Assembly: GCA_963782055.1 (NCBI GenBank)
Contig: CAWAIF010000003.1
Location: 5,984,001-6,048,000 of the forward strand
DNA: 64,000 nt
From: an uncultured delta proteobacterium
GTDB taxonomy: Bacteria; Myxococcota_A; Polyangia; Polyangiales; Polyangiaceae
Direction: 5' to 3'
How positions within the stretch are numbered: the first letter of the stretch is position 1; the number at the start of each line of letters is the position of its first letter. Below are positions 21,464 to 28,434 of the stretch, piece by piece. A program made the translations under genes and the position numbers. The notes under the pieces were generated by a model. That model was not told the DNA's origin and made no database searches. It saw only the letters and a list, made by a program, of their open reading frames with translations.

Positions 21464-22124
21464 TCGACGCGCTCGCCGAGGGACCGGACGGCGCGCTCGC
21501 GGGCCTGGCGCCGAAGGCGCTCTGGGTCGACATGTCCACCATAGGCCGGCGGGCGGCGCGGGCGTTCGCCGCGCGGGTGCGCGAGGCGGGCGGCCGCTTC
21601 GTGGACGCGCCGGTGAGCGGGACCGTGGGGCCGTGGGGCCGGCACGGCGCGGCGAGCTCGTCGCCTTCGCCGGCGGCTCGGTGAAGGACGTGGCCCGCGC
21701 GGAGAAGGTGCTCTCCGCGTTCTGCAGGCGCGTGGTCCACGTCGGGGAGGTGGGGCAGGGGCAGGCGCTCAAGGTCGTGCTCAACGGCCTGGGCGCGCAC
21801 CACCTGGTCGCCTTCGCGAGCATGCTCGCGCTGGGCGAGCGGGCGGGCCTGGCGCGGGAGCTGGTGATCGACGCCTTCACCAGCGGGGCGTTTGCCTCGC
21901 CGAGCTACGTGGGCAAGCGCGCCAAGGTGCTCGCGCGCGACTGGTCGCCGGAGTTCACCCTCGCGCTGACGCAGAAGGACGCCGCGCTCAACCTGGAGCT
22001 GCAGAGGGAGACGGGGCTCAGGCTGCCGGTGATGGAGGAGCTCGCGCGCGCCATCGAGGCGGGGATCGAGATCGGCCTCGGCGACCTGGACCTCTTCGCC
22101 CTGGAGAAGGTCTACGAGCGGTGA
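21452..22124 (+). pseudogene. 5'-truncated, frameshifted second copy of the beta-hydroxyacid dehydrogenase
   Basis: Matches 17173-17837 but lacks the first ~90 codons. An 8-bp tandem duplication CCGTGGGG (21623-21638) shifts the frame; there are clusters of mostly synonymous differences. Confidence 0.92.
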
Positions 22125-22218
22125 GGGGACCCGCCCGGCAGGCCGGGTCCGCCAGCTCCCGCTCGAGGTCCCACGAGCGATGGATGAGGGCCTCGATCCT
22201 CCGGTCCGTCACACGCGC

Positions 22219-23466
22219 TCAAGCCCGCCGCTCCAGCTCCTCGAGGCGTTCGACGATCGCGTCCTCGTCGCCGTCGAGAGCGACGCGCAGTCCCTGCCGG
22301 AGGGCGTCGGAGGCGCACGTGTCGATGACGTCGGCGACGCGGGCCTTCCCCTCGGCGTCGAGCACGGGCCTGAGCGCAACGGCCGCCGCGACGCGCCGGG
22401 GAGCGGGTTCGTCTGGGCTCTCCACCACACGCCACAAGGTGTCGGGAGGCGCAGCGGCGACGCGGTAGCGGGTCCGCGACGGGGTCGCGATGGCGCGGAG
22501 CTCGCGGACCCATTCGCGTACGGTTTCCTCGTGGCGGTCGAGAACATATGGCCGGTCCACCGCTTGTCGCACGCGTGCATCGAGATGTTGCCGCAAGTTG
22601 ATCCTCCCCCGGTCGGCGCCGACGCCCCAATGGTTACGCAGGTACTGCTGGTTCCGAGCCAACTCCACCAAGAACCACACAACAGCCGGAGCATCCTCGC
22701 CGAGTGCACACAGGAACGCCAGTGCCTGGTCTGGCCTACCGCGTACCACTCTCAAGATTCGCTCCCCGCACGATGCGTCTAGCGGTGTTCGCGATGCCGC
22801 TGCGGCGACCCAGGACACTGGTTTGCCCTGGAACAGCCGCCGCAAGACATCCTGCGACATCCAACCTTCGCGATAAACTCGAACACCGGACCGTTCCAGT
22901 ACAACGGCCCAATCAGCAAACGAGTGCGCCGACACATGATGCTGAACGGGAACGAACTCGCATTCTGCAAGCTGCCTCGTCCAGCGCGGCCTCCCCACTC
23001 GCGACCGCCCGATCCGGAGCGACGCCCACCGCTCGGCATGCCACACGAGTCGGGCCCCACTTCGCAGGCATACACAAGTATTGCCGTCGGCGTCGTAGCG
23101 GATTGAATCGAGAGCATCGAAGCTAACTATCGTGCGCCGGAGCCCGGTCCACGAGGAGAGGACGATCCCGGAGTTACCCATTGAAATCTCACACTTTGCA
23201 AACACGACCAGCGTCGTCCACACGACGGTGACGGCGCTGGCGAGGACGAACCACAGGCCATGAGCAGGTAGGCAGATACTCAACAGGGTAAACAGGCATG
23301 CAAGCGCCATGAAGCAACAGTTAACCCAGTGTGCCGTCGACGCGGCGCCGAGTACGCACGAAACCAGGACCGTCACAGTCGCAGATCCTCTAGGCAGCGA
23401 CTCTTCGCGGGAGGACTTTCCACGGAACGGCGGCGCGTGCAGCCACGATACTGCGAACGAACTCAT
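22219..23466 (-). CDS. Polymorphic membrane protein, allele A2; candidate immunity protein
   Basis: 415-aa ORF directly downstream of B2. N-terminal hydrophobic segments, PH-like segment (ISMGNSGIVLSSWTG...FDALDSIR), C-terminus shared with A1. Confidence 0.72.
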   Translation of the reverse strand: MSSFAVSWLHAPPFRGKSSREESLPRGSATVTVLVSCVLGAASTAHWVNCCFMALACLFTLLSICLPAHGLWFVLASAVTVVWTTLVVFAKCEISMGNSGIVLSSWTGLRRTIVSFDALDSIRYDADGNTCVCLRSGARLVWHAERWASLRIGRSRVGRPRWTRQLAECEFVPVQHHVSAHSFADWAVVLERSGVRVYREGWMSQDVLRRLFQGKPVSWVAAAASRTPLDASCGERILRVVRGRPDQALAFLCALGEDAPAVVWFLVELARNQQYLRNHWGVGADRGRINLRQHLDARVRQAVDRPYVLDRHEETVREWVRELRAIATPSRTRYRVAAAPPDTLWRVVESPDEPAPRRVAAAVALRPVLDAEGKARVADVIDTCASDALRQGLRVALDGDEDAIVERLEELERRA

Positions 23467-23496
23467 GGAACTCCAGGGATGGAAGTTTGTGAAGTG

Positions 23497-24576
23497 TCAG
23501 GATCGCGGGCTGGTTGGACTCCCGATATCCTCGGGGTTCGGATAGTAATCCCGAGAGCGCGGGCCGCCACTTCCCGTACCTTGCGGGTTCGGAAAGTACC
23601 GGTCTGCACGACGCAGCCGGCTGTGGGGGCCGCTTACGCCGATTCCCTCGGGAGGGTCCGGCGCAGCCATCTCGGTACGCCCCCGTGGGCCCCCGACTCC
23701 CGTACCGCCCGACGGGTCCTCCGGTGCTGGCATCTCGTTCCTGCTGTGCGGACCTCCGCCACCGGATCCTCCGGACGGATCCTCTGGCGGAGGCATACGT
23801 CCAAATTTTGGCGGAGGCACATGTACAAATTCTCTGCGCTCCAGGGCGGCTATTGCCGCCCCTCTGAGGAAGCCTAGTTCGCCTCCAGCGATCAGCCCTG
23901 TCATTCCTCCAGTTACTAAGCCAACAAGCATGCCTATCGCCGTAAACACTGCGACGGTGTAAGCTTCATTAGACTTTTCCCTTTGGATGGCTTCTTTTTC
24001 TTCGTCATCCTGTTGCTCCCATCGTCCGGGCGGGAGCCCCCTGCGCGGGTCGCCCCGGTTTGGGTCATACCCGTGCCCGAGCGAGCCGAGCCACTTCATC
24101 ACCTCCCGCCGCTGCTTCTCCAGGTGCGCGTGCACGTCCGGCAGGTCGTGCGACGGGTGACGGTAGCCGCCCGTCGGGTCGAAGCCCGGCAGATCGTGCA
24201 GGTGCCCGAACATCTCTCCGAGGATAGCAGCCGGATCGCCCTTGCCCAGCGTGCCGCCGGGGTTCGACGAGATGGGGAGGTTCCCGCCGAAGTAGTGCTT
24301 CGAGATGTGGTCGATCACCTTGCCGATGTCGCTCGGGCCGGGCAGGCCCGACCCCGGCGTGTGCGTCCCGAAGTCGCCTCCACCCAGCCCGAAGGGGCCG
24401 CCGAAGTGCTTGGAGATCTGGTCGACGAGATCCCCGAGCGGATCGCTCCCCGTGCCGCCGATGACCTGACCGCTCGGGAGCCGCACGCCGGTACCCTCCT
24501 CCGGCGGCCGCCAGTTGACGCGGAGAGGGCCGGTGTACTCCGGCTCCGGCAACTCGCTCATCGTGTACCGCCTCAT
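23497..24576 (-). CDS. Polymorphic glycine-zipper protein, allele B2
   Basis: MRRYTMSELPEPEYTGP... N-terminus shared with B1, different hydrophobic hairpin (AVFTAIGMLVGLVTGGMTGLIAGGELG), five C-terminal repeats. Confidence 0.78.
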   Translation of the reverse strand: MRRYTMSELPEPEYTGPLRVNWRPPEEGTGVRLPSGQVIGGTGSDPLGDLVDQISKHFGGPFGLGGGDFGTHTPGSGLPGPSDIGKVIDHISKHYFGGNLPISSNPGGTLGKGDPAAILGEMFGHLHDLPGFDPTGGYRHPSHDLPDVHAHLEKQRREVMKWLGSLGHGYDPNRGDPRRGLPPGRWEQQDDEEKEAIQREKSNEAYTVAVFTAIGMLVGLVTGGMTGLIAGGELGFLRGAAIAALERREFVHVPPPKFGRMPPPEDPSGGSGGGGPHSRNEMPAPEDPSGGTGVGGPRGRTEMAAPDPPEGIGVSGPHSRLRRADRYFPNPQGTGSGGPRSRDYYPNPEDIGSPTSPRS

Positions 24577-24761
24577 CGCGTCCTCGCCGGCGCGACGCGG
24601 GCTGCGGTCCCCGCCACGCGGACGATCGCATCCCACGGATGCGTCGAGCGCAGGCGCCAGCCCACCCCCGCGCCGAGGCCGTCTCCGCCCCGGGACGACA
24701 GCTCGCGCAGGTCCAGCCAGAGCCCATGCTCCCGCAGCTCGCTCATCCCGTACGCGCTCAT
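24573..24761 (-). CDS. 62-aa mini-ORF, degenerate C-like paralog or chimera
   Basis: ATGA overlaps at both ends. LWLDLREL and WRLRSTHPWDAIVRV..AARVAPAR resemble protein C; MSAYGMSEL resembles the B2 start. Confidence 0.5.
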   Translation of the reverse strand: MSAYGMSELREHGLWLDLRELSSRGGDGLGAGVGWRLRSTHPWDAIVRVAGTAARVAPARTR

Positions 24762-25174
24762 CCCATCCTCGCCGAGGTGACGCGGTTCGCCGTCACCAGC
24801 ACGCGGAAGGTGACGTCCCAGGGCCCGCTCGAGCCCGTCGGATGCAGGCGCCAGCGCACCCACGTCGCGAGGGGAATGTTCGGGTTGGTCGCCAGGAGCA
24901 CGCGCGGGAGGCCGCCCGCGGGCGGGATCGTGTACGGCCCGGTGCCCGCCGCGATGCTGGTGACCGAGAGCATCGACTGGAACAGCGCCTCATCCTTGCT
25001 CGGGGACGTGTCGAGGTGGAAGTCGACGGTGCTCGTGACCTCGCGCACGTCCAGCCAAAGCACCAGATCCTGGAAGGAGCTGAAACCCATCCAGTCGCGC
25101 TCGCCCTGGATGATGTCGTTGGTGACGCTGGTGCCGCGAATGGTGATCCAATCCTGCAGAACGTATCCGTACAT
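24758..25174 (-). CDS. Uncharacterised beta-rich protein C (QDWITIRG family), 138 aa
   Basis: AAGGAG SD, host-like codon usage, full-length paralog of D. Confidence 0.85.
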   Translation of the reverse strand: MYGYVLQDWITIRGTSVTNDIIQGERDWMGFSSFQDLVLWLDVREVTSTVDFHLDTSPSKDEALFQSMLSVTSIAAGTGPYTIPPAGGLPRVLLATNPNIPLATWVRWRLHPTGSSGPWDVTFRVLVTANRVTSARMG

Positions 25175-25188
25175 GGCGAGCTCCTTGG

Positions 25189-25566
25189 TCAGCAGAGGGT
25201 GTTGCCGGTGGCGAGGATGCGGAAGGTGACGTCCCAGGTGGCCGCGGCCGCGTTGAGCTTCCAGCGCGTCCAGGCGCCGATGGGCACGTTGGGGTTGGCC
25301 ACGAGCAGCACGTTGCCCGCGTTGAGGCCGACGCCGAAGCCGCCGGCCGAGAGCTGGGGGGCCACCGCCTCCAGGAACAGCGCCGGGTCCTTGCTCGGCC
25401 CCGTCTCGATGCTCATCGTCGGCGAGCTCGTCATCTCCGCCACGTCGACGAGGAACGTCATGTCCTGAAAGGGGCCCGTGAAGAGCCACTGCCCCACGTC
25501 CTGGATGACGCTCGTGTTCGCGGCGCCGCGGATGGTGATCCAGTCCTGCATGATGATCGGTCGCAT
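25189..25566 (-). CDS. Uncharacterised beta-rich protein D (QDWITIRG family), 125 aa
   Basis: AAAGGAGG SD. Shares QDWITIRG, FQD, DV.E.TS, PSKD.ALF, NPN.P, W.RW.L and WDVTFR with C. Confidence 0.85.
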   Translation of the reverse strand: MRPIIMQDWITIRGAANTSVIQDVGQWLFTGPFQDMTFLVDVAEMTSSPTMSIETGPSKDPALFLEAVAPQLSAGGFGVGLNAGNVLLVANPNVPIGAWTRWKLNAAAATWDVTFRILATGNTLC

Positions 25567-25782
25567 CTTGCCTCCTTTGCTGACGACGCCGCGCCGGGTG
25601 CGGTCGCGGCGAAGACTTGCGGTGAGTGCGCCGCGAGCGCGCGCGACACGGCCCTGCGCAGGCGCGGGCGAAGCGCGCCATCACGCACACGCGAGCGGCG
25701 CGACGGGAGCGATCCGCCGCCGCGCTGCGAGCGTCGCGCCAGGCGACGACTAGGCGCGCGCGCGGACGGCCCGCAAGGACTG

Positions 25783-25810
25783 CTGCCTGCCTGCCTGCCT
25801 GCCTGCCTGC
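25783..25810. repeat. (CTGC)7 simple sequence repeat upstream of the D-C-B-A operon
   Basis: Seven perfect tandem CTGC units counted directly. Confidence 0.95.
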
Positions 25811-25942
25811 GCGAGAACCATGCCCACCATCCGATTCCTGATCCCAGACCAGCATGTAGGGCGCAGCATGGCAAGGGTCAGGGAGGTAAAATCCACATCA
25901 CCACTAGTGTGCTGTGAATTAACGCGCACTTGCGTCATCGAT

Positions 25943-26335
25943 CTACCACCCAGGGTGTAGATCCCAGGCCCGCAGCGCCGCGCGCACCATCCCCACCGCC
26001 CGCTTCACGTTCCCCTCCACCACCGCCGCCTCGATCCGGAGCACCCGGAACCCCAGCGACTCGATCACCGCCTGCCGCCGCGCGTCCGCCTCCGCGTGCC
26101 CCGGTTCCTGATGCACCCCGCCGTCCACCTCCACCACCAGCCGCTCGCCCAGCGCCACGAAGTCCACGATGTACGTCGCCGCCAGCACGTGCTGCCGCCT
26201 GAACTTCACCCCGCCGCACCGCCGCGCCTTGAGCTCCTGCCACAGCGCCGCCTCCGATCGCGTCGCGTCCTCCCGCCGCATCCGCCGCGCGTGGTGGTGA
26301 AGGAAGAAGAGAGAGGGAGCTTCGTGCGGTGCCAT
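25943..26335 (-). CDS. DUF559 / Vsr-like endonuclease, copy 2
   Basis: MAPHEAPSL...ARRMRR.DATRSEAALW...KFRRQH...YIVDF...VEVDGGVH; paralog of 20561..20938. Confidence 0.9.
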   Translation of the reverse strand: MAPHEAPSLFFLHHHARRMRREDATRSEAALWQELKARRCGGVKFRRQHVLAATYIVDFVALGERLVVEVDGGVHQEPGHAEADARRQAVIESLGFRVLRIEAAVVEGNVKRAVGMVRAALRAWDLHPGW

Positions 26336-26448
26336 GCCCTCCCCATGGCGGAAGAAGCATGACGGGCGCAGTGTCGCCCCTTCCGCGCACCCGGAAGCCC
26401 GGCGGGCTTCTTCCGCCCTCCGGGCGTGGCACCGCACGAAGCGCCCTC
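26313..26448 (-). ncRNA. Structured 136-nt leader hairpin covering the DUF559 start, copy 2
   Basis: 27-nt arms 26313-26339 and 26422-26448 (25/27 complementary), perfect 12-bp inner stem 26347-26358/26406-26417, and CGGGC/GCCCG. Confidence 0.7.
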
Positions 26449-26589
26449 GCTCGTTCCGTCCCAGCCTCGAGGGCGAGGGCCATCGCGGGGGAGGGCCCGT
26501 CCCCTCCGCGGTCACCGGCAGAAAGTGCTCGGCTCGGGCTCGGGAGGCGTGCGCACGCCGTCCACAGCCCGTCACCAGCGCCCAGGACA

Positions 26590-26674
26590 TCCTCCCCGCC
26601 CGAGCGAGCGACAGCGAGCGATGGGCCGGGGGAGGAGTCGCGCGCGTCAGCGCGCGGCAGGAGGGGCCCCCCCC
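26590..26674. repeat. REP/CIR-like composite palindrome upstream of DUF559, copy 2
   Basis: TCCTCCCC...GGGGAGGA, then GTCGCGCGC-GTCA-GCGCGCGGC, then AGGAGGGGCCCCCCCC. Confidence 0.65.
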
Positions 26675-26684
26675 TTGCCCTTCC

Positions 26685-27827
26685 TCACTCCTGAACGATC
26701 ACCCCCGGGTGCCCGGAGAACACGATCGCATCCATCAGGAGCTCCTCCTCCACCAGCGCCAGCGTGGGGTGCCCGCGATCGATCCGCACCGTCCCCCCGG
26801 CGTCGTCCCACCCGCACGCCGCCGCGCCCTCCAGCGATCCCTCCCGCCAGAGCTGCTCCGCCGGCGTGCCCTCCGCCGGCGAGAACGTCACCCGCGCGCG
26901 GGTGCGCAGCCGCTCGTGCGTCTCGAGGGCGCGCAGGTCGTCGATGGGATCGGTGACGACGTGGCTGTCGATGCCGGTGCACAGCCGCGCCCCCGTCGCG
27001 CGCAGCGCGCTCACGTCGGCGAGGCCGTCCCCCAGATCCCGCTCCGTCGTGGGACAGAGGCACGCGAAGGCGCGCGCCTCGCCGAGCAGGCGCGCCTCGT
27101 GTGGCTGCAGGTTGGTGCAGTGCACCCCGCAGAAGCGATCGGAGAGCACGCCCAGGTCGGCGAGCAGCTCCACCGGGCGCTTGCCGGTCTCCGCCACGCA
27201 CTCGTCCACCTCCCGCTGCTGCTCGGCGACGTGCATGTGGAAGGGCATCGCGTGCGCGCGCGCGTACTCGGCCAGCGGCGCCAGCCAGGCGGGCGGCACC
27301 GCGCGCACCGAGTGCGGCGCCACGCCGACGCGCACCATCGGGTCATCCTTGTATTTTACACGCAACGTCTCCACGTCGCGCAGCACCGCGTCGACGTCGG
27401 GATCGCAGAAGCGGCGCTGCCCGGGCTCCGGCGGCCGCCCCGGCCCCGCGCGGTGGTACGCCACGCGCAGCAGCGTCACGCGCAGGCCCTCCGCCTTCGC
27501 CGCCTCGACGACCCGGTCGGCCAGGATGGTGCGGTCGTGGTAGGGCGTGCCGTCCGGCTGGTGCTGCACGTAGTGGAACTCCCCCACCGTACGCACCCCG
27601 GCGCGCGCGAGCTCGCGGAAGGCCACCCGGCTGATGGACGCGATGGACTCCGGCGTGAGCGAGCTCGCGAGGCGATACATCTGCCCGCGCCACGTCCAGA
27701 AGTCGTCGCGCGGGTCGGGCCCGCGGCGCTGCGCGGCGCCGCGCATGCCGCGCTGGAAGGCGTGCGAGTGCGCGGTCGCGAGCGCCGGCAGCGAGAGCGA
27801 GGCGCCGTCGCGCGCGAGCAGGCTCAC
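26685..27827 (-). CDS. hutF: Formimidoylglutamate deiminase (amidohydrolase family)
   Basis: AHSHAFQRGMRG, DFWTWRGQMY, VGEFHYVQHQPDG, APHSVRAV, HMHVAEQQREV, CPTTERDLGDG. GTG start overlaps the upstream stop. Confidence 0.92.
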   Translation of the reverse strand: MSLLARDGASLSLPALATAHSHAFQRGMRGAAQRRGPDPRDDFWTWRGQMYRLASSLTPESIASISRVAFRELARAGVRTVGEFHYVQHQPDGTPYHDRTILADRVVEAAKAEGLRVTLLRVAYHRAGPGRPPEPGQRRFCDPDVDAVLRDVETLRVKYKDDPMVRVGVAPHSVRAVPPAWLAPLAEYARAHAMPFHMHVAEQQREVDECVAETGKRPVELLADLGVLSDRFCGVHCTNLQPHEARLLGEARAFACLCPTTERDLGDGLADVSALRATGARLCTGIDSHVVTDPIDDLRALETHERLRTRARVTFSPAEGTPAEQLWREGSLEGAAACGWDDAGGTVRIDRGHPTLALVEEELLMDAIVFSGHPGVIVQE

Positions 27828-28366
27828 TGGCGCATCTGGGAGGCGGCCGCCTTGGTCACGTAGAAGTAGCGCGGCCAGTGGCGGTAGTACGTGACGCGCA
27901 TGATGGGGCCGCCGTCGGTCGGGTCCACGTCCTCGCCGAAGACGCCGACCAGCCGGAGCAGCGAGCCGCCGCCCACCGAGTGCTCGCCCACGTCGTCCTC
28001 GCCGTGCAGGGCGACGTTGGCGTGGACCACGCCGAAGTCGGCGTCGCTCACCGTGACGCGGCAGGTGTCCTCGTCGGAGTGGCTCTCGCAGAGGTTGCGA
28101 GGCTCGAGGCGCCGGACGCTGAGGGTGAGGTACGCGCCGCCGCCGGGGCCGGAGCCGCGGTTGGTCACCACGCCGAAGAGGGCGACCGGCTTGCCGCGCC
28201 ACTGGTCCGGCTGCCGCTGGAACATGACCGGGTCGTACTCCTTGGCGCCCTGCACCGCCTTCGCCTCGTCCGGGAGGGGGGCGTAGTTCACCGAGTGGCC
28301 GTACTTCCCGCCCCCGCCGCAGGCCACGAGCCCCACGAGCGCACACGCCATGAGCCAGGATCGCAT
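27824..28366 (-). CDS. Hypothetical lipoprotein (possibly Slp/OB-fold-like)
   Basis: Lipobox LVAC; WRGKPVALFGVV. Confidence 0.7.
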   Translation of the reverse strand: MRSWLMACALVGLVACGGGGKYGHSVNYAPLPDEAKAVQGAKEYDPVMFQRQPDQWRGKPVALFGVVTNRGSGPGGGAYLTLSVRRLEPRNLCESHSDEDTCRVTVSDADFGVVHANVALHGEDDVGEHSVGGGSLLRLVGVFGEDVDPTDGGPIMRVTYYRHWPRYFYVTKAAASQMRQ

Positions 28367-28434
28367 GGCGCGGACCTTGCCAAAAAAGGGCATCGCCCGC
28401 AATCGCGAAGGGAGCGGCCTCCCCGACCTCAGGC

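Larger units (their letters stand above)
21452..26827. repeat. Tandem duplication, copy 2 (about 5.4 kb, carries the complete operon)
   Basis: Colinear with 17173-21463; additionally contains full C, D, a mini-ORF and the upstream promoter/SSR region. Confidence 0.92.

Noticed and set aside
22018..22212. 64-aa ORF MTDRRIEALIHRSWDLERELADP downstream of A2
   Set aside because: Runs antisense into the dehydrogenase pseudogene and has no counterpart in copy 1; at most a gene remnant.
19168..23800. CRISPR-like array in the B-gene repeats
   Set aside because: The repeats are in frame, degenerate at DNA level and conserved as peptide; no constant repeat with unique spacers and no cas genes.
17895..24576. 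Diversity-generating retroelement as the source of A/B variation
   Set aside because: No reverse transcriptase and no template/variable repeat pair differing only at adenines; the differences involve whole unrelated segments.
17173..26827. Prophage, IS or integron as the cause of the duplication
   Set aside because: No integrase, transposase, terminal inverted repeats with target duplication, or attC-like sites recognised; the junction is explained by microhomology.
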